64,000 bases of DNA from a virus (lineage: Duplodnaviria > Caudoviricetes): positions 64,001 to 128,000 of the IMG/VR virus record IMGVR_UViG_3300025713_000650. One strand, written 5' to 3'. Positions 8,945 through 19,733 of this stretch are shown piece after piece (the first letter of the stretch is position 1; the number at the start of each line of letters is the position of its first letter). A program made the translations under genes and the position numbers. The notes under the pieces are model-generated. The model worked only from the letters and a program-made list of their open reading frames with translations, did no database searches and had not been told where the DNA came from.

Positions 8945-11900
8945 TTAATCAATACTAATACCAATTGTTTTAAGATAGGCCTCTAATAATTTAACACTTT
9001 CTGGAGTTTGACATTCATCCTTTATTTCTCTTATAAATTCAGATCCAATCGAATCTCGAATATATTTATTTTTTAAATCAATTGAATCTGATTTCGTTGT
9101 TGTCATTTCTGTTAAATTAGTTAGACCCGCATGAGATATAAAACAAAATGTTTCCATTTCACCAGATCTTTGACCACCTTTATTTTTTCTACCACTGGGT
9201 GGTTGCATTGTTTTTCTCATATAAGGACCTATGCCTCTAGCTGCCAAACGTTCTTCAGCTATATGTACCATTCTAAAGAAATACATGTAACCTAATGCAA
9301 CTTTACTTATAATTTTTTGTTTTGATATCTCATCAAAAATATCATATCTAAATTCTGTATTTGTAAATTCACATGCCTTTTTAATTTGATCACAAGTAGA
9401 AGATTCAAAAGGTGGAGCTATAATATAGAAATTTTCTATAAATTTTTCATCTATAATAGAATTATTTAATTCTTCTTTAACTTGTAATGTGTACCAATTA
9501 TCTTTTGTATTATCTAAAATCTTAATATAATCTAAAATATACCCTTTTAACTCATCTTGACTTAATTCTTTATTATTTAACATTTCATTTAATTTAATTT
9601 TAAAATCATTTACAGACATACCCATATGTAATTCAAAAATCTGACCTACGTTCATTCTTGAATATGTTGATAATGGATTTATAATAATATCTACATGTTT
9701 TCCATCTTCTGTTTTGGGCATTAAATCATGGGGTAAAATTTTTGAAATAACACCTTTGTTTCCATGTCTATTTCCAATTTTATCACCTATTTGTATTTTT
9801 CTACTAAAAAATCCACCTATTTTTATATAAATACCATTAATTCTTTCACCTTTAAATTTAAATCTTCCTCGATTATTAAATCTATCTAATCCTTTTTCTC
9901 TAATAACTTCAATTGCTTTTTTCTTTGAAAATAATTTAAAAATTAATTCTTGAATTTTTTTATTATATGATATTTGACTCTCAAACTTTTTATCAACCCA
10001 ATGTCTAAATTGAGGTATTATATTATTATATTCATTTGGATAAATTTCAACATTTGTAATCAAAACATCTTTGTTATAAATTAAAGGAATATTTTCTTCA
10101 AAAATAGATAAATAATTCATTGGATCATTAGGAATATCTTTCATAATAGCATAAGGATTACCTTTTAAAATTAATTCTCTTTTATGTTTTCTATAATATG
10201 CTTTATCTTTTCCTGGCTCTGAAAATTCTATATCGGGATTTGGTTCAGGTAATGGTTTATACCTATTTTCATCTAAACTCAATAATAATTTATCTGGAGG
10301 TAAAACAAATGAAAGATTTGCATAATGAATTGATGTAAACGAATCATCATTTAATAATCTATCTGAAATTACAATTGCGTCTTCATAATTATATCCATAA
10401 AAAGGCATTATCGCAGTAAGAAGATTTTTTCCGATGTTAATGCTTCCATTTTTACAAAAATTACTCTCTGCGATTATATCTCCCTCTGAAACTTTATCAC
10501 CTAATTTAACATATACATGCATAATATCCATATTTTTTACATAAATATGTCTATTATCTATATCAAATATATCATAATCATTATCTTTATATGCAATAAT
10601 TACAAATTTTGAATCTAGATAAATTACTTCTCCATCTTTTTTTGCCCTTTTAATAAATTGGGTCTTATCAGTATATAAATTTTCACAACCAGATTGAATT
10701 AAAGGAACATCAAATTCAGAAAGATTAATAGCCTGTCTCATTTGTGACGCTGACATTTGTAATCTTGTTTGATCATCGTGTTCTAAAAATGGAATCATAG
10801 AAATAGCTACGGATGTTGGATTTTTTTCACATATTTCTTCATTAAAACGCATATTCTCATCATATTTTGTTGAAGGTAATAAACATTGCAATACACCACA
10901 ATTATCTCTATCAGATGTATCTACTGGACATATTCTTCCAAACATACTATCCGATAAATCTCTAAGATAATGTGGTACATTTGCTTTATTAAAACCACCA
11001 GGACCAACTAATGTAATTCTCGATAATTTTGTAAGCTCATCAATAGGATTAATTGAAAAATCAAACTGAACAATATCTGATAAATTACAATTAGCAAGAA
11101 TTTTCTTTGAATTAATATTAAATTTTATTTTTGATTTTCTACTTGATATACATAAATCATAAACATTCTTCATTATTGTTGACAGCACAACATATTCAAA
11201 ACATCTAATTCTTTTATTTGTATAATCTAAATCATCAATACTTTTATTATTTTTTAAAATATCTGTTAATTCATCTAAAACATTATCAAATCTCATAAAT
11301 TTGGAAGTGATAATATCAATTTTAGGGATCAATGATAAAGCATATGCAATAATTTCTCCTGTTTTCTTTTTATCATATTTAGTAAAATATTCACCCAGAT
11401 ATTCTTGATAATCAATATTATCTACATAATATGCATATAAATCAAATAATAATTTTTCATAATCTGTTTGAGGGTTATCATTAATAATATATTCATTTAA
11501 ATTAAATTTATTAACAATATAATCTGAATCAAAAGAAGCAAAATATACTAATGCAAATGGAATTTCTTTACCCATGAATGATAATTTAATATAAGGGTGT
11601 TTTTTTCCAGAAATAATTAAAATTGTTGATAAATTTGATCTAAATTTAATGTTTTTACCTCTTGTTACAATTGGAATATCATATAATTGAAATAATGGAA
11701 TTTTTCTTTTACCTGCAATTGAAAAATAATTACCATCAATTAATTTTGGAATATAAACACTCAAATCAATTTCTTGAGTATTTCTTTTGAATTTTATAAT
11801 GATATTTTTCTTTAAAGTTTTTTCAACTTCAGAAGAAGGTGATTCTTTAATATCAAATTCTGAAAGTATAAGACCAGCATCTTCTGCCGGTCTTAGTATT

Positions 11901-12001
11901 TCTCTAATATTCACCATTAAATTATTATATTCTTTTTCTCGTATATTAAATATATTTTCTTTGTTTTGAATTGAATAATTTGGATTCTTAATTCTCATCA
12001 A
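8945..12001 (-). CDS. rpoB: Multisubunit RNA polymerase beta-like subunit (set 1)
   Basis: GRICPVDT, PFLEHDD..R..M...QMRQA, GYNYEDAI, GDKIGNRHGNKGVI, SRMNVGQ, GGQRSGEME. Confidence 0.95.
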   Translation of the reverse strand: MMRIKNPNYSIQNKENIFNIREKEYNNLMVNIREILRPAEDAGLILSEFDIKESPSSEVEKTLKKNIIIKFKRNTQEIDLSVYIPKLIDGNYFSIAGKRKIPLFQLYDIPIVTRGKNIKFRSNLSTILIISGKKHPYIKLSFMGKEIPFALVYFASFDSDYIVNKFNLNEYIINDNPQTDYEKLLFDLYAYYVDNIDYQEYLGEYFTKYDKKKTGEIIAYALSLIPKIDIITSKFMRFDNVLDELTDILKNNKSIDDLDYTNKRIRCFEYVVLSTIMKNVYDLCISSRKSKIKFNINSKKILANCNLSDIVQFDFSINPIDELTKLSRITLVGPGGFNKANVPHYLRDLSDSMFGRICPVDTSDRDNCGVLQCLLPSTKYDENMRFNEEICEKNPTSVAISMIPFLEHDDQTRLQMSASQMRQAINLSEFDVPLIQSGCENLYTDKTQFIKRAKKDGEVIYLDSKFVIIAYKDNDYDIFDIDNRHIYVKNMDIMHVYVKLGDKVSEGDIIAESNFCKNGSINIGKNLLTAIMPFYGYNYEDAIVISDRLLNDDSFTSIHYANLSFVLPPDKLLLSLDENRYKPLPEPNPDIEFSEPGKDKAYYRKHKRELILKGNPYAIMKDIPNDPMNYLSIFEENIPLIYNKDVLITNVEIYPNEYNNIIPQFRHWVDKKFESQISYNKKIQELIFKLFSKKKAIEVIREKGLDRFNNRGRFKFKGERINGIYIKIGGFFSRKIQIGDKIGNRHGNKGVISKILPHDLMPKTEDGKHVDIIINPLSTYSRMNVGQIFELHMGMSVNDFKIKLNEMLNNKELSQDELKGYILDYIKILDNTKDNWYTLQVKEELNNSIIDEKFIENFYIIAPPFESSTCDQIKKACEFTNTEFRYDIFDEISKQKIISKVALGYMYFFRMVHIAEERLAARGIGPYMRKTMQPPSGRKNKGGQRSGEMETFCFISHAGLTNLTEMTTTKSDSIDLKNKYIRDSIGSEFIREIKDECQTPESVKLLEAYLKTIGISID

Positions 12002-12030
12002 ATATCCTCTTTTTTTATTTTTTTATAATT

Positions 12031-15000
12031 TTAAATATTTGTTTTCCTACCTAATAACATATTATCTAAGATACCAGAATATAAACCTTCATTAGATATA
12101 CCCCGTAAAAGATTCTTTTTCTGATTTGAAAATCCAAATCCCAATAACCATGATTCTTTACTTGGAATTGTTAAAATGCTAATAAATTCTGGAGAATAAT
12201 TGTTTCTATCTTTTAATAATCTCCATTTTTTATTACCATACCACATTAATTGAGAAACTACTGATTCAAAATGAACATAATGTATTTCTTTTGAATAATT
12301 ATAAATTTTAAATAATTTTTCAATCAATTCTTCACAATTTAAATCTTTATTTGAATGTAATAATTTAGATACAGATGATAAATCGCTAATAATATCTTCT
12401 TGTAACATATCCTCGCTACCCTTTTTAGTAATAGCTGCTCCCGAGTTATGTATAAATATTCCTGCCTTCAATGCAAAATTAGGATACTCTGAATCAACAG
12501 TTAAATCATAAAATTCTTCATATTCTGGTAAATCTATAAATTGTATATTTTTAACAAATCTATTATTTTTAATAAAATATCTGAATGACATTCGTTCAAT
12601 AAATTTTCCATTTTTGTTTTCTAATTTTGATTTATTTTTTCTATAGATTGGCATTAATTGATCATTAACTTGTAAATCTTTTGCTTCTTTGGAAGTTCCA
12701 TCTTGCATAATAAATTTATGATCTAATGTGCATTCAACTATTTCATCATTATCTAAAGTAACCTTAACCATTCTCTTTTCAAATCTATCTTTATAAGCAT
12801 TCACAATCTTGCTAATATATATGTCTCCTTCTGGAGAACAATTAAATGTATAAAAATCTTCACCATTTTTAACTTTGTCATAAACTTCTTGAATTTCAAA
12901 TGATTTATTATTAATATCTAAAATTCTTGTATTTTTTCTTAAACTCAAATGAAATGTGCGCAAAACTAACTGTGTAGATGCTTCACCTAAACTTTGAGCT
13001 GCAATCATTCCTATAAATGGTGAATGTAATATTTTATGTAAATCACCATAACACCTTTTACAAACCTTTTCACTTTTACAAAAAATAGGACTTCTAATTT
13101 TAATATTTTTACCAATTATATTCTTTAAATTATCATTTGTAATTAATTCTTCATTATCTCCATTTAAATAAAATTTATATAAAAGACATTTTGCCTTTTT
13201 CTCATCTTCAACGAATACATTTAGATAATCTTCAGTCCCACAATCATCAAGATTTGAATCTAATATTAAATTACAACATGCAAATGCAAGCTGTCTTGAT
13301 AAATAACCTGAATCTCCTGTATTTATTGCAACGTCTAAAAGACCTTTTCTGCAGCCATAACTTGAATTGAAAAATTCATATTGAGTTAAACCTTCAACTA
13401 AATTATTTTTAACTGGTGTTTCAATAATTTTTCCTGAAAAATTTGAGATAAATCCTCTTGATAATAATATCTGTCTTACCTGTTCCCATGTTCCTCTAGA
13501 ACCAGAATCTATGACATATGAATACATAAATTTATTTCTTAATTCATTTTCAATTTCTTTACTCGCTAATTCATTTAACTGTTCTCTAGAAGTATTTTTT
13601 GAATAGATTGTTTCTTTCAATTCATCAACATTATCAAGAATTAAACCATCTAAAGATAAAGTTGTTCCATATAATGTTGAATATTTATAACCTATCATTT
13701 TAATATCATCTAAAATCTTAGATGTAATTGTATAATCATATTTATCATTAATATCATTTAATAAATTAATAAGCTTCTTTTTATTAACAGGATCTTTTAT
13801 AATAGGATAATCTTCAGGTAAACATTCATTAAATATTTTTAAACTTTCTGTTATTTGTTCATTTTTATATTCAATCTGTTTATTTAATTCAGGAATCATA
13901 TTATTTGTTAAAATATAAACTCCTAAAATAATATCTTGAGAAGGAGTTGCTGATAGTGATATATTTGCAGGATTATATAAATTCTTAGTAAATAAGAATT
14001 TATCTAAAACTTCTTCTTTTGATTCTTTACTTATTGGTAAATATATTGCCATTTGATCTCCATCAAAATCTGCATTAAATCCCGCACATGCTAATGGATG
14101 AATTTTTATTACTTTATCAGTATTCATTTTAATCTTAAAACCTAATAAACTTAATCTGTGCAAAGAAGGTTGTCTATTTAATAAACAAACTTCATCCTTG
14201 ATTACTTCTTCACAAATAGAAATCAAATTTAATTTATCCATTTCAATACACTCATCTATATAATCAACAGCTTCATTTTGAAGTTTAAAGTGATTATAAT
14301 CTATTAATTTTTTTGAAATTTGTAATTTATATAATTCTAAAATCATTACATAAGGTAATGAACATTCGTCGATATCTATTACAGGATCAGGTGTAATTAT
14401 AGCTCTTCCTGAAAAATCTATCCTTTTACCTAATATATTTCCACGAATCAAACCCTCTTTTTTAGATAATTTATCCAAAATAAATTCATATAATGTATTA
14501 ACTAATTTTTGTAATTGTTTAAAATACATATAATATATTTCTTTTTTATTAAGAATATCTATATTTGTTTCTTCGATTGTTGCTTTATGATTTAAAAGGT
14601 GTGTATAATAACTATTTATTTCATCAGATTTCATTTGATCGTTTTTAGAACGAATTTTTGATGTTGGTCTTAAATCAGGAGGTAAAACTAAAACTTCATT
14701 GATCATTAAACTATCTATATGATCATTAATATATTTCCAATCAGGAATATCTATTAATTCTTCTGATAACCATGTTACTAATTTTATAATAGCCTCTGAT
14801 TTTTCATATTTTTTAAATTTTTCTGGAGGCCATTTTTCGTCATTTTCTTCAACTACAAAATGATTATTTTCTTCGTCAACATATAATGATGATTTTTCAT
14901 TTTTAATTAACAAATCTAATGGCTTTTTTATTTCACTTTTTCCTAATGAAACTAATAAATCATAAAAAATAGGATTTACAACAGGAATAGGTAAAATAAT

Positions 15001-15240
15001 TTTTGCAAATCTTTTTCTTCTTTCACGATTAGATGTAATATCAACATGACAAACAGGACATTTTTTATTTGAATTAGAAGGACCCCAATAAATTTCACAT
15101 TGACAAATATAATTTTTTAATGGACCAAAAATCTGTTCTGAAAAAAGACCATCTTTATGAAAATTTTTTTTATCTAAAATTTTTGATGTTTTAACTTCTT
15201 TAATTATCTTTATAAATTCCCTATTTATCAGTTTCGGCAT
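12031..15240 (-). CDS. rpoC: Multisubunit RNA polymerase beta'-like subunit (set 1), intein-containing
   Basis: GLFSEQIFGP, CQC...CPVC Zn site, PPDLRP, GKRIDFSGRA, NRQPSLH, catalytic NADFDGDQMA, RKGLLDVAINT..SGYL.R, TQLVLRTFH. Confidence 0.95.
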   Translation of the reverse strand: MPKLINREFIKIIKEVKTSKILDKKNFHKDGLFSEQIFGPLKNYICQCEIYWGPSNSNKKCPVCHVDITSNRERRKRFAKIILPIPVVNPIFYDLLVSLGKSEIKKPLDLLIKNEKSSLYVDEENNHFVVEENDEKWPPEKFKKYEKSEAIIKLVTWLSEELIDIPDWKYINDHIDSLMINEVLVLPPDLRPTSKIRSKNDQMKSDEINSYYTHLLNHKATIEETNIDILNKKEIYYMYFKQLQKLVNTLYEFILDKLSKKEGLIRGNILGKRIDFSGRAIITPDPVIDIDECSLPYVMILELYKLQISKKLIDYNHFKLQNEAVDYIDECIEMDKLNLISICEEVIKDEVCLLNRQPSLHRLSLLGFKIKMNTDKVIKIHPLACAGFNADFDGDQMAIYLPISKESKEEVLDKFLFTKNLYNPANISLSATPSQDIILGVYILTNNMIPELNKQIEYKNEQITESLKIFNECLPEDYPIIKDPVNKKKLINLLNDINDKYDYTITSKILDDIKMIGYKYSTLYGTTLSLDGLILDNVDELKETIYSKNTSREQLNELASKEIENELRNKFMYSYVIDSGSRGTWEQVRQILLSRGFISNFSGKIIETPVKNNLVEGLTQYEFFNSSYGCRKGLLDVAINTGDSGYLSRQLAFACCNLILDSNLDDCGTEDYLNVFVEDEKKAKCLLYKFYLNGDNEELITNDNLKNIIGKNIKIRSPIFCKSEKVCKRCYGDLHKILHSPFIGMIAAQSLGEASTQLVLRTFHLSLRKNTRILDINNKSFEIQEVYDKVKNGEDFYTFNCSPEGDIYISKIVNAYKDRFEKRMVKVTLDNDEIVECTLDHKFIMQDGTSKEAKDLQVNDQLMPIYRKNKSKLENKNGKFIERMSFRYFIKNNRFVKNIQFIDLPEYEEFYDLTVDSEYPNFALKAGIFIHNSGAAITKKGSEDMLQEDIISDLSSVSKLLHSNKDLNCEELIEKLFKIYNYSKEIHYVHFESVVSQLMWYGNKKWRLLKDRNNYSPEFISILTIPSKESWLLGFGFSNQKKNLLRGISNEGLYSGILDNMLLGRKTNI
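12445..12945 (-). mobile_element. Mini-intein (167 aa, Ser1, no endonuclease) in the beta' trigger loop
   Basis: RTFHL|SLRKNTRILD...VECTLDHKF (block B TxxH)...FYDLTV...NFAL..GIFIHN|SGAA. Confidence 0.9.
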
Positions 15241-15304
15241 TCATATCTCCTATGTAAGATTTTTCTTATTATATCCTTAATAAAAAATAAAAACAATATT
15301 TTAT

Positions 15305-15336
15305 AAGGAGGAGGTATTATATAATACCTCCCCCTT
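15305..15336. terminator. Perfect 22-bp palindrome / probable terminator
   Basis: ggaggtattatataatacctcc at 15310-15331, between 15346..15549 and the beta' gene. Confidence 0.65.
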
Positions 15337-15345
15337 TTCTTGACT

Positions 15346-15549
15346 TTAATATCTTAATGATTTTAATCTTTCAATTTCTTGATTCTTACCTTTTATTATA
15401 TTTTCTAGTCTTTTGATTTGTATATTTTTCAATCTTATTTTTTCTAATAAGACATTATCAATAATATAATTTTCATGTCTTAAACTTAGATCTTTTTTAT
15501 CTGAATTATCAATTAAACTTTCAATAATGATTTGCCTACATTTTATCAT
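15346..15549 (-). CDS. Hypothetical protein
   Basis: 67-aa ORF abutting the upstream ORF. Confidence 0.55.
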   Translation of the reverse strand: MIKCRQIIIESLIDNSDKKDLSLRHENYIIDNVLLEKIRLKNIQIKRLENIIKGKNQEIERLKSLRY

Positions 15550-15741
15550 TTAATCTTTAGGATTTATTTTTTCATGTTTCTCAATAATTTTAATTAATTC
15601 AGAATCTGTTAATTCACAAATATCTTTATTCAATCCTTTTACTAATTTAAGAAGATTAATAATAAAAACGGATAATATTCTTTGTGATAATGTGGTCCTA
15701 TACTTTTCTTCAAAAATGTTTTTGGATAAGAAATCACTCAA
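15550..15741 (-). CDS. Hypothetical protein
   Basis: 63-aa ORF, GAGG RBS. Confidence 0.55.
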   Translation of the reverse strand: MSDFLSKNIFEEKYRTTLSQRILSVFIINLLKLVKGLNKDICELTDSELIKIIEKHEKINPKD

Positions 15742-15835
15742 AATAAATTCCTCGTGTTTTTATCTTATTTTAATAATATCAGGATGTTAATTAATAGTTT
15801 TTGTAAAGAACTTTTTTTAAAAAAATTATTAAAAT

Positions 15836-16141
15836 CTATTTTATTTCAATTTTATATTCAATGTTATCAATAATTGCTTTATATGCATTATTTGTTAAAA
15901 TTAATCTCCAACCATTATTTTCAATATCATAAACTCTTATTCGATCATTCTTAATATCTTTTATAATTCCTCTAATATTTAATTTTTTAGGATGCATTTC
16001 TTTTGGAATTCTTTTAAAATCTAAAATACAGTCCATTACTCTTTTACTTCCATCTTTCTTAATAAAAAATATAATACATTTTTTAGATCTTCTAATCATT
16101 CTAAATAATTTAAATGTAGTTTTAATCTTTTTATCTAGCAA
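15836..16141 (-). CDS. WYL_2/DUF2693-like SH3-fold protein
   Basis: FIKKDGSKRVM...IP...VYDIENNGWR signature; strong GGGAGGTG RBS. Confidence 0.75.
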   Translation of the reverse strand: MLDKKIKTTFKLFRMIRRSKKCIIFFIKKDGSKRVMDCILDFKRIPKEMHPKKLNIRGIIKDIKNDRIRVYDIENNGWRLILTNNAYKAIIDNIEYKIEIK

Positions 16142-16173
16142 TACAAATCACCTCCCTTCTTTTTATTTTTCAA

Positions 16174-16190
16174 TAATTAATATATATAGA
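16174..16190 (-). promoter_or_regulatory. Conserved phage promoter-like motif TCTATATATATTAATTA (copy 1)
   Basis: Identical 17-mer at 27232-27248 and 31776-31792; each is intergenic and upstream of a strong RBS. Confidence 0.75.
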
Positions 16191-16195
16191 AAATA

Positions 16196-17212
16196 TCAAG
16201 AACGTTTTTCAGAATGTAATAAATCATCTAATTTTGAATCATCCCTAGATAAGAGATCCGAAAACAACATACAAGTCCAATTACATCCTTTACAATAATA
16301 TTTATAATCATTTTCAAAATTCATTTTATATAATTCAGATACATTATAATTTTCATCGAAAACATTTTCTATTGTATTATATGTCGGACAATATGAACCT
16401 TGTATTCTTAAACAACATCTAATCGAACCATCTGCATCAACTGTTAAATTATGAATATTTTTATTATCTTCATAACATTTTAAATTAGATGGTAATATAT
16501 CATAAATTTTATTATAAATCAAATCTTTCATATGAACATTTAAATTTTCATCTAAAATTCTTTTTAGAATTTCTTTTAATTCTTCTGTTGGATAAACTAA
16601 ATTTTCACTAGATTTAACATTTGAAAAATCATAATATTCTGATTTTGCAATATCAAGAAATGTAATACTACTTGATATATCATTATCTGTTAAAATTTTT
16701 ACTAAATTATATAAATTATTAATTGTATTTTTATCAACAGTTATTTCAGCAACTAAATCTTTTACATATTTTTTAAATTTTATTAAACCAAGTAAACCTT
16801 TATTACTTTTAATAGTAATATCATCTTTTTTATTAAGTAAAATATAAGGATCTACAGATGATGTTAAACCCTGAAGGTAACCAACATCATAAATAAGTTT
16901 TTCAATTCTTTTTTGAATTATATCTGTATTATTTGTAATTATAGTATAATTAATATCATTAAAATTACAATATCTAATAATTTCAGCTAAATCATTTCTT
17001 AACAAAGGTTCACCACCATACCATATTACAAAAGAATTTGGATTATGTTTTTTTAATTTTTCAAGAAATTTTATTACTCTTTCAGTATTTACTTCATTTT
17101 CATAAAAATGCTTCAAACGATTATTTGTATTTCTTGCAATTCCACAATAAGAACACCGAAGGTTACACCTTCTAGTTAAAAGAAAATTAACAATTTGAAT
17201 TGTATCTTTCAA
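16196..17212 (-). CDS. Radical SAM protein with C-terminal Cys cluster (SPASM/twitch-like)
   Basis: CNLRCSYC, YGGEPLLR, ITN, DADGSIRCC, CKGCNWTC. Confidence 0.9.
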   Translation of the reverse strand: MKDTIQIVNFLLTRRCNLRCSYCGIARNTNNRLKHFYENEVNTERVIKFLEKLKKHNPNSFVIWYGGEPLLRNDLAEIIRYCNFNDINYTIITNNTDIIQKRIEKLIYDVGYLQGLTSSVDPYILLNKKDDITIKSNKGLLGLIKFKKYVKDLVAEITVDKNTINNLYNLVKILTDNDISSSITFLDIAKSEYYDFSNVKSSENLVYPTEELKEILKRILDENLNVHMKDLIYNKIYDILPSNLKCYEDNKNIHNLTVDADGSIRCCLRIQGSYCPTYNTIENVFDENYNVSELYKMNFENDYKYYCKGCNWTCMLFSDLLSRDDSKLDDLLHSEKRS

Positions 17213-17228
17213 ATTATTTCTCCTTTAT

Positions 17229-17507
17229 TTACATTAATTGAATTGAACTTGTCATTTTAACATATTCTTTATAAAGATCATCTGGTGGTATAAAAGGAAA
17301 AATTAATATTTTATTTTTATTTATTTTTATAATATCATCTTTTGGAGTCATAATAGGTGTTGGTGCTAATTGAAAATTTCCACCTTGAGTCATAACAGGA
17401 GTCATCAAAATAGGTTTGGAAAATTCTATAAATTCTTCACATTCTTTGGTTACTTCTCCAATAATGTAAGAAAATGGTGCTATGACAATAACTTTAATTT
17501 CTCTCAT
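17229..17507 (-). CDS. Hypothetical small beta-rich protein
   Basis: 92-aa ORF with AAGGAG RBS. Confidence 0.7.
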   Translation of the reverse strand: MREIKVIVIAPFSYIIGEVTKECEEFIEFSKPILMTPVMTQGGNFQLAPTPIMTPKDDIIKINKNKILIFPFIPPDDLYKEYVKMTSSIQLM

Positions 17508-17520
17508 TATATTCTCCTTT

Positions 17521-19731
17521 TTAATTTGGATTAACTGTTGTTAAAGATCCATCAGTTAGATCTAAAATTCTATCCGGATTAATTTGATTAATATGGGTAT
17601 GACTTATTAAATTAATACTTTTACTTTCTGCTAATTTATTTAATAATCTAGCAACATTTTCTGTATTTTCTTCATCTAATGAATCAAATATTTCATCAAA
17701 TATAAAAAGATTAAACTCAACATTATGCATTAAAACTTGAAGATCAGTTAATGTTAAAATAGTGCTAATATCAACAATTCTTCTTTGACCCTTTGACATT
17801 GTAGAATTGTGATTATTTTTAGTAACTGTATCTAAAAATCTAATAGAAATTTTATCTCTTATTTCTCCAGATTTTGTCTCACTTAATGTATCAAAACTTA
17901 CAATATATCTTCCATTAGAAATTAAATCTAAATAATCTAAAATTCGACTATTCATAAATGGAATTGCTTCATCAATTAACATACTTGGTATTCCTGAAGT
18001 TGAAAAACCCTGTTTCCAGAATCTTATAGCGTTTAATCTTTTCATACAAAATTTCTTATCTTCAGAAATTGTTTCTAATTCTTCTAATATTTCTAATATT
18101 TCATTTTTAATTTTATCAAATAAAGAATTATCAAATGTTTGTTCATTTATCAATTTTATCTGAAATTCATATTCTTTAATTTTATCATCAAAAGTCTTTA
18201 TTTCGTCAAATAATTTTAATAATTCTTCTGCTAGATTCTTTTCTTTACTTAATTCTATTTTTTTATTTTGTAAATCTGATTTAATTTGGTTAAATTTTTC
18301 TAAAACTTTTGAAAATTCAATTTTAGATTTATCATTAACTTCAGATATTTCTTCATTACATTTTTCAACTAAAGATTGTGATATTATTTTATGTTCTCTT
18401 CTAATTTTGTCTATTTTTCCTTCATAATTAGTTATATAATTATTATTTGTTAATTGTAACTGTGTTTTTTCTTTTTCAATTTCATTTAATTGATTATCTA
18501 AATTGATTAATTTTCTTTTAATTTCACCAATTATATTTTTATAATTATTAATTTCTAATTTTAATTCATTTTTGACAGTATCATTTAATTCTCTATGACA
18601 AACTGGGCATAATGAAACATCTAAATTTAATGAATTATTAATTTTATTTATTTCTTTTTCATTAGATTCAATATCTTTAAATAAATATGTTTTTTCAGTA
18701 TTAATTTGCATAATTTTTATATCTAAAACATTTATTTTCTCATTAAATTCATTAAGTTCTTTATTTACCTTTTCTTTTTCATTAGATATTAATTCTTCTA
18801 ATTCACTATCACCTTTTGAAGTTAAATCTTTATAATTATTTTTAATCTTTTCAACTTTTAATTCTCTTTCTGATAATATTCTACTTTTTTCAGAATTTAT
18901 TTTTTCATCTATATTATTTAACTCATTTTGGCAAACATTAATATCTGAATTAATAATATCCAATTTTCTATTTTCTAAAAATGTAGATCTTGAAATTTTA
19001 TATTGTGTTTCATGTTTTTTAATTTCTAATTCTTTGATTTGAGATTTAATATTATTAATTCTATCATTCTTATTATTATTAAAATTTATTTTATCATTTT
19101 CTAATTTTTTCAGGTATTCTTCTTTATCTTTAATTAATGATTGTTTTAATATAATAAGATTATCAATCTTATTTATATTTTCTAATTCTATTTTCTCTTT
19201 TTCATTACAATTTTTTAAATAATCCGTAAATTCATCCAAAGATAAAACTTTTCTAAATATTTCTTTCTTCTGAGTGTCAGGTAATTTTGTAAAGAAATCA
19301 TTTATATCCTGAGCGAAGAAAATACTATTTGTAAATAATTTATAAGGTAACACAATTGATTCTATTTTATTTTTAACTTCTGTTAACCCGGTAGCTTTAA
19401 TGGGACCTTCTAAAATAGCAGTTGTACCTTTATTTTTATAATTTCTATATCTACTTATATTATATTCATCAATATTTTCATCTTCAATAATATCAAAATA
19501 TAACTGTGTGAAACAATTTTTACCTATTTCAGTATTAATTATATCATCACCACCAACACCTTTTGAATTAACTCCATATAAACAATAACATATACATTCA
19601 AAAATTGAAGTTTTTCCTTTCCCATTTGGACCCGTTATTAAAGTAAGACCATCCACAATATCATATTCAAATAAATCAGTATAACCCATAAAATTTTGCA
19701 TTATAACTTTTTTGAATTTAATTTTTTTCAA
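17521..19731 (-). CDS. sbcC: SbcC/Rad50/gp46-like recombination ATPase
   Basis: GPNGKGKT Walker A, coiled coils, CPVC zinc hook, MSKGQ signature, FDEIFDSLD, ISH. Confidence 0.95.
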   Translation of the reverse strand: MKKIKFKKVIMQNFMGYTDLFEYDIVDGLTLITGPNGKGKTSIFECICYCLYGVNSKGVGGDDIINTEIGKNCFTQLYFDIIEDENIDEYNISRYRNYKNKGTTAILEGPIKATGLTEVKNKIESIVLPYKLFTNSIFFAQDINDFFTKLPDTQKKEIFRKVLSLDEFTDYLKNCNEKEKIELENINKIDNLIILKQSLIKDKEEYLKKLENDKINFNNNKNDRINNIKSQIKELEIKKHETQYKISRSTFLENRKLDIINSDINVCQNELNNIDEKINSEKSRILSERELKVEKIKNNYKDLTSKGDSELEELISNEKEKVNKELNEFNEKINVLDIKIMQINTEKTYLFKDIESNEKEINKINNSLNLDVSLCPVCHRELNDTVKNELKLEINNYKNIIGEIKRKLINLDNQLNEIEKEKTQLQLTNNNYITNYEGKIDKIRREHKIISQSLVEKCNEEISEVNDKSKIEFSKVLEKFNQIKSDLQNKKIELSKEKNLAEELLKLFDEIKTFDDKIKEYEFQIKLINEQTFDNSLFDKIKNEILEILEELETISEDKKFCMKRLNAIRFWKQGFSTSGIPSMLIDEAIPFMNSRILDYLDLISNGRYIVSFDTLSETKSGEIRDKISIRFLDTVTKNNHNSTMSKGQRRIVDISTILTLTDLQVLMHNVEFNLFIFDEIFDSLDEENTENVARLLNKLAESKSINLISHTHINQINPDRILDLTDGSLTTVNPN

Positions 19732-19733
19732 AT

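Noticed and set aside
16196-17212. Radical SAM protein as QueE
   Set aside because: Longer than QueE, has a SPASM/twitch-like Cys tail, and lacks the QueE N-terminal QGEG and FxR motifs
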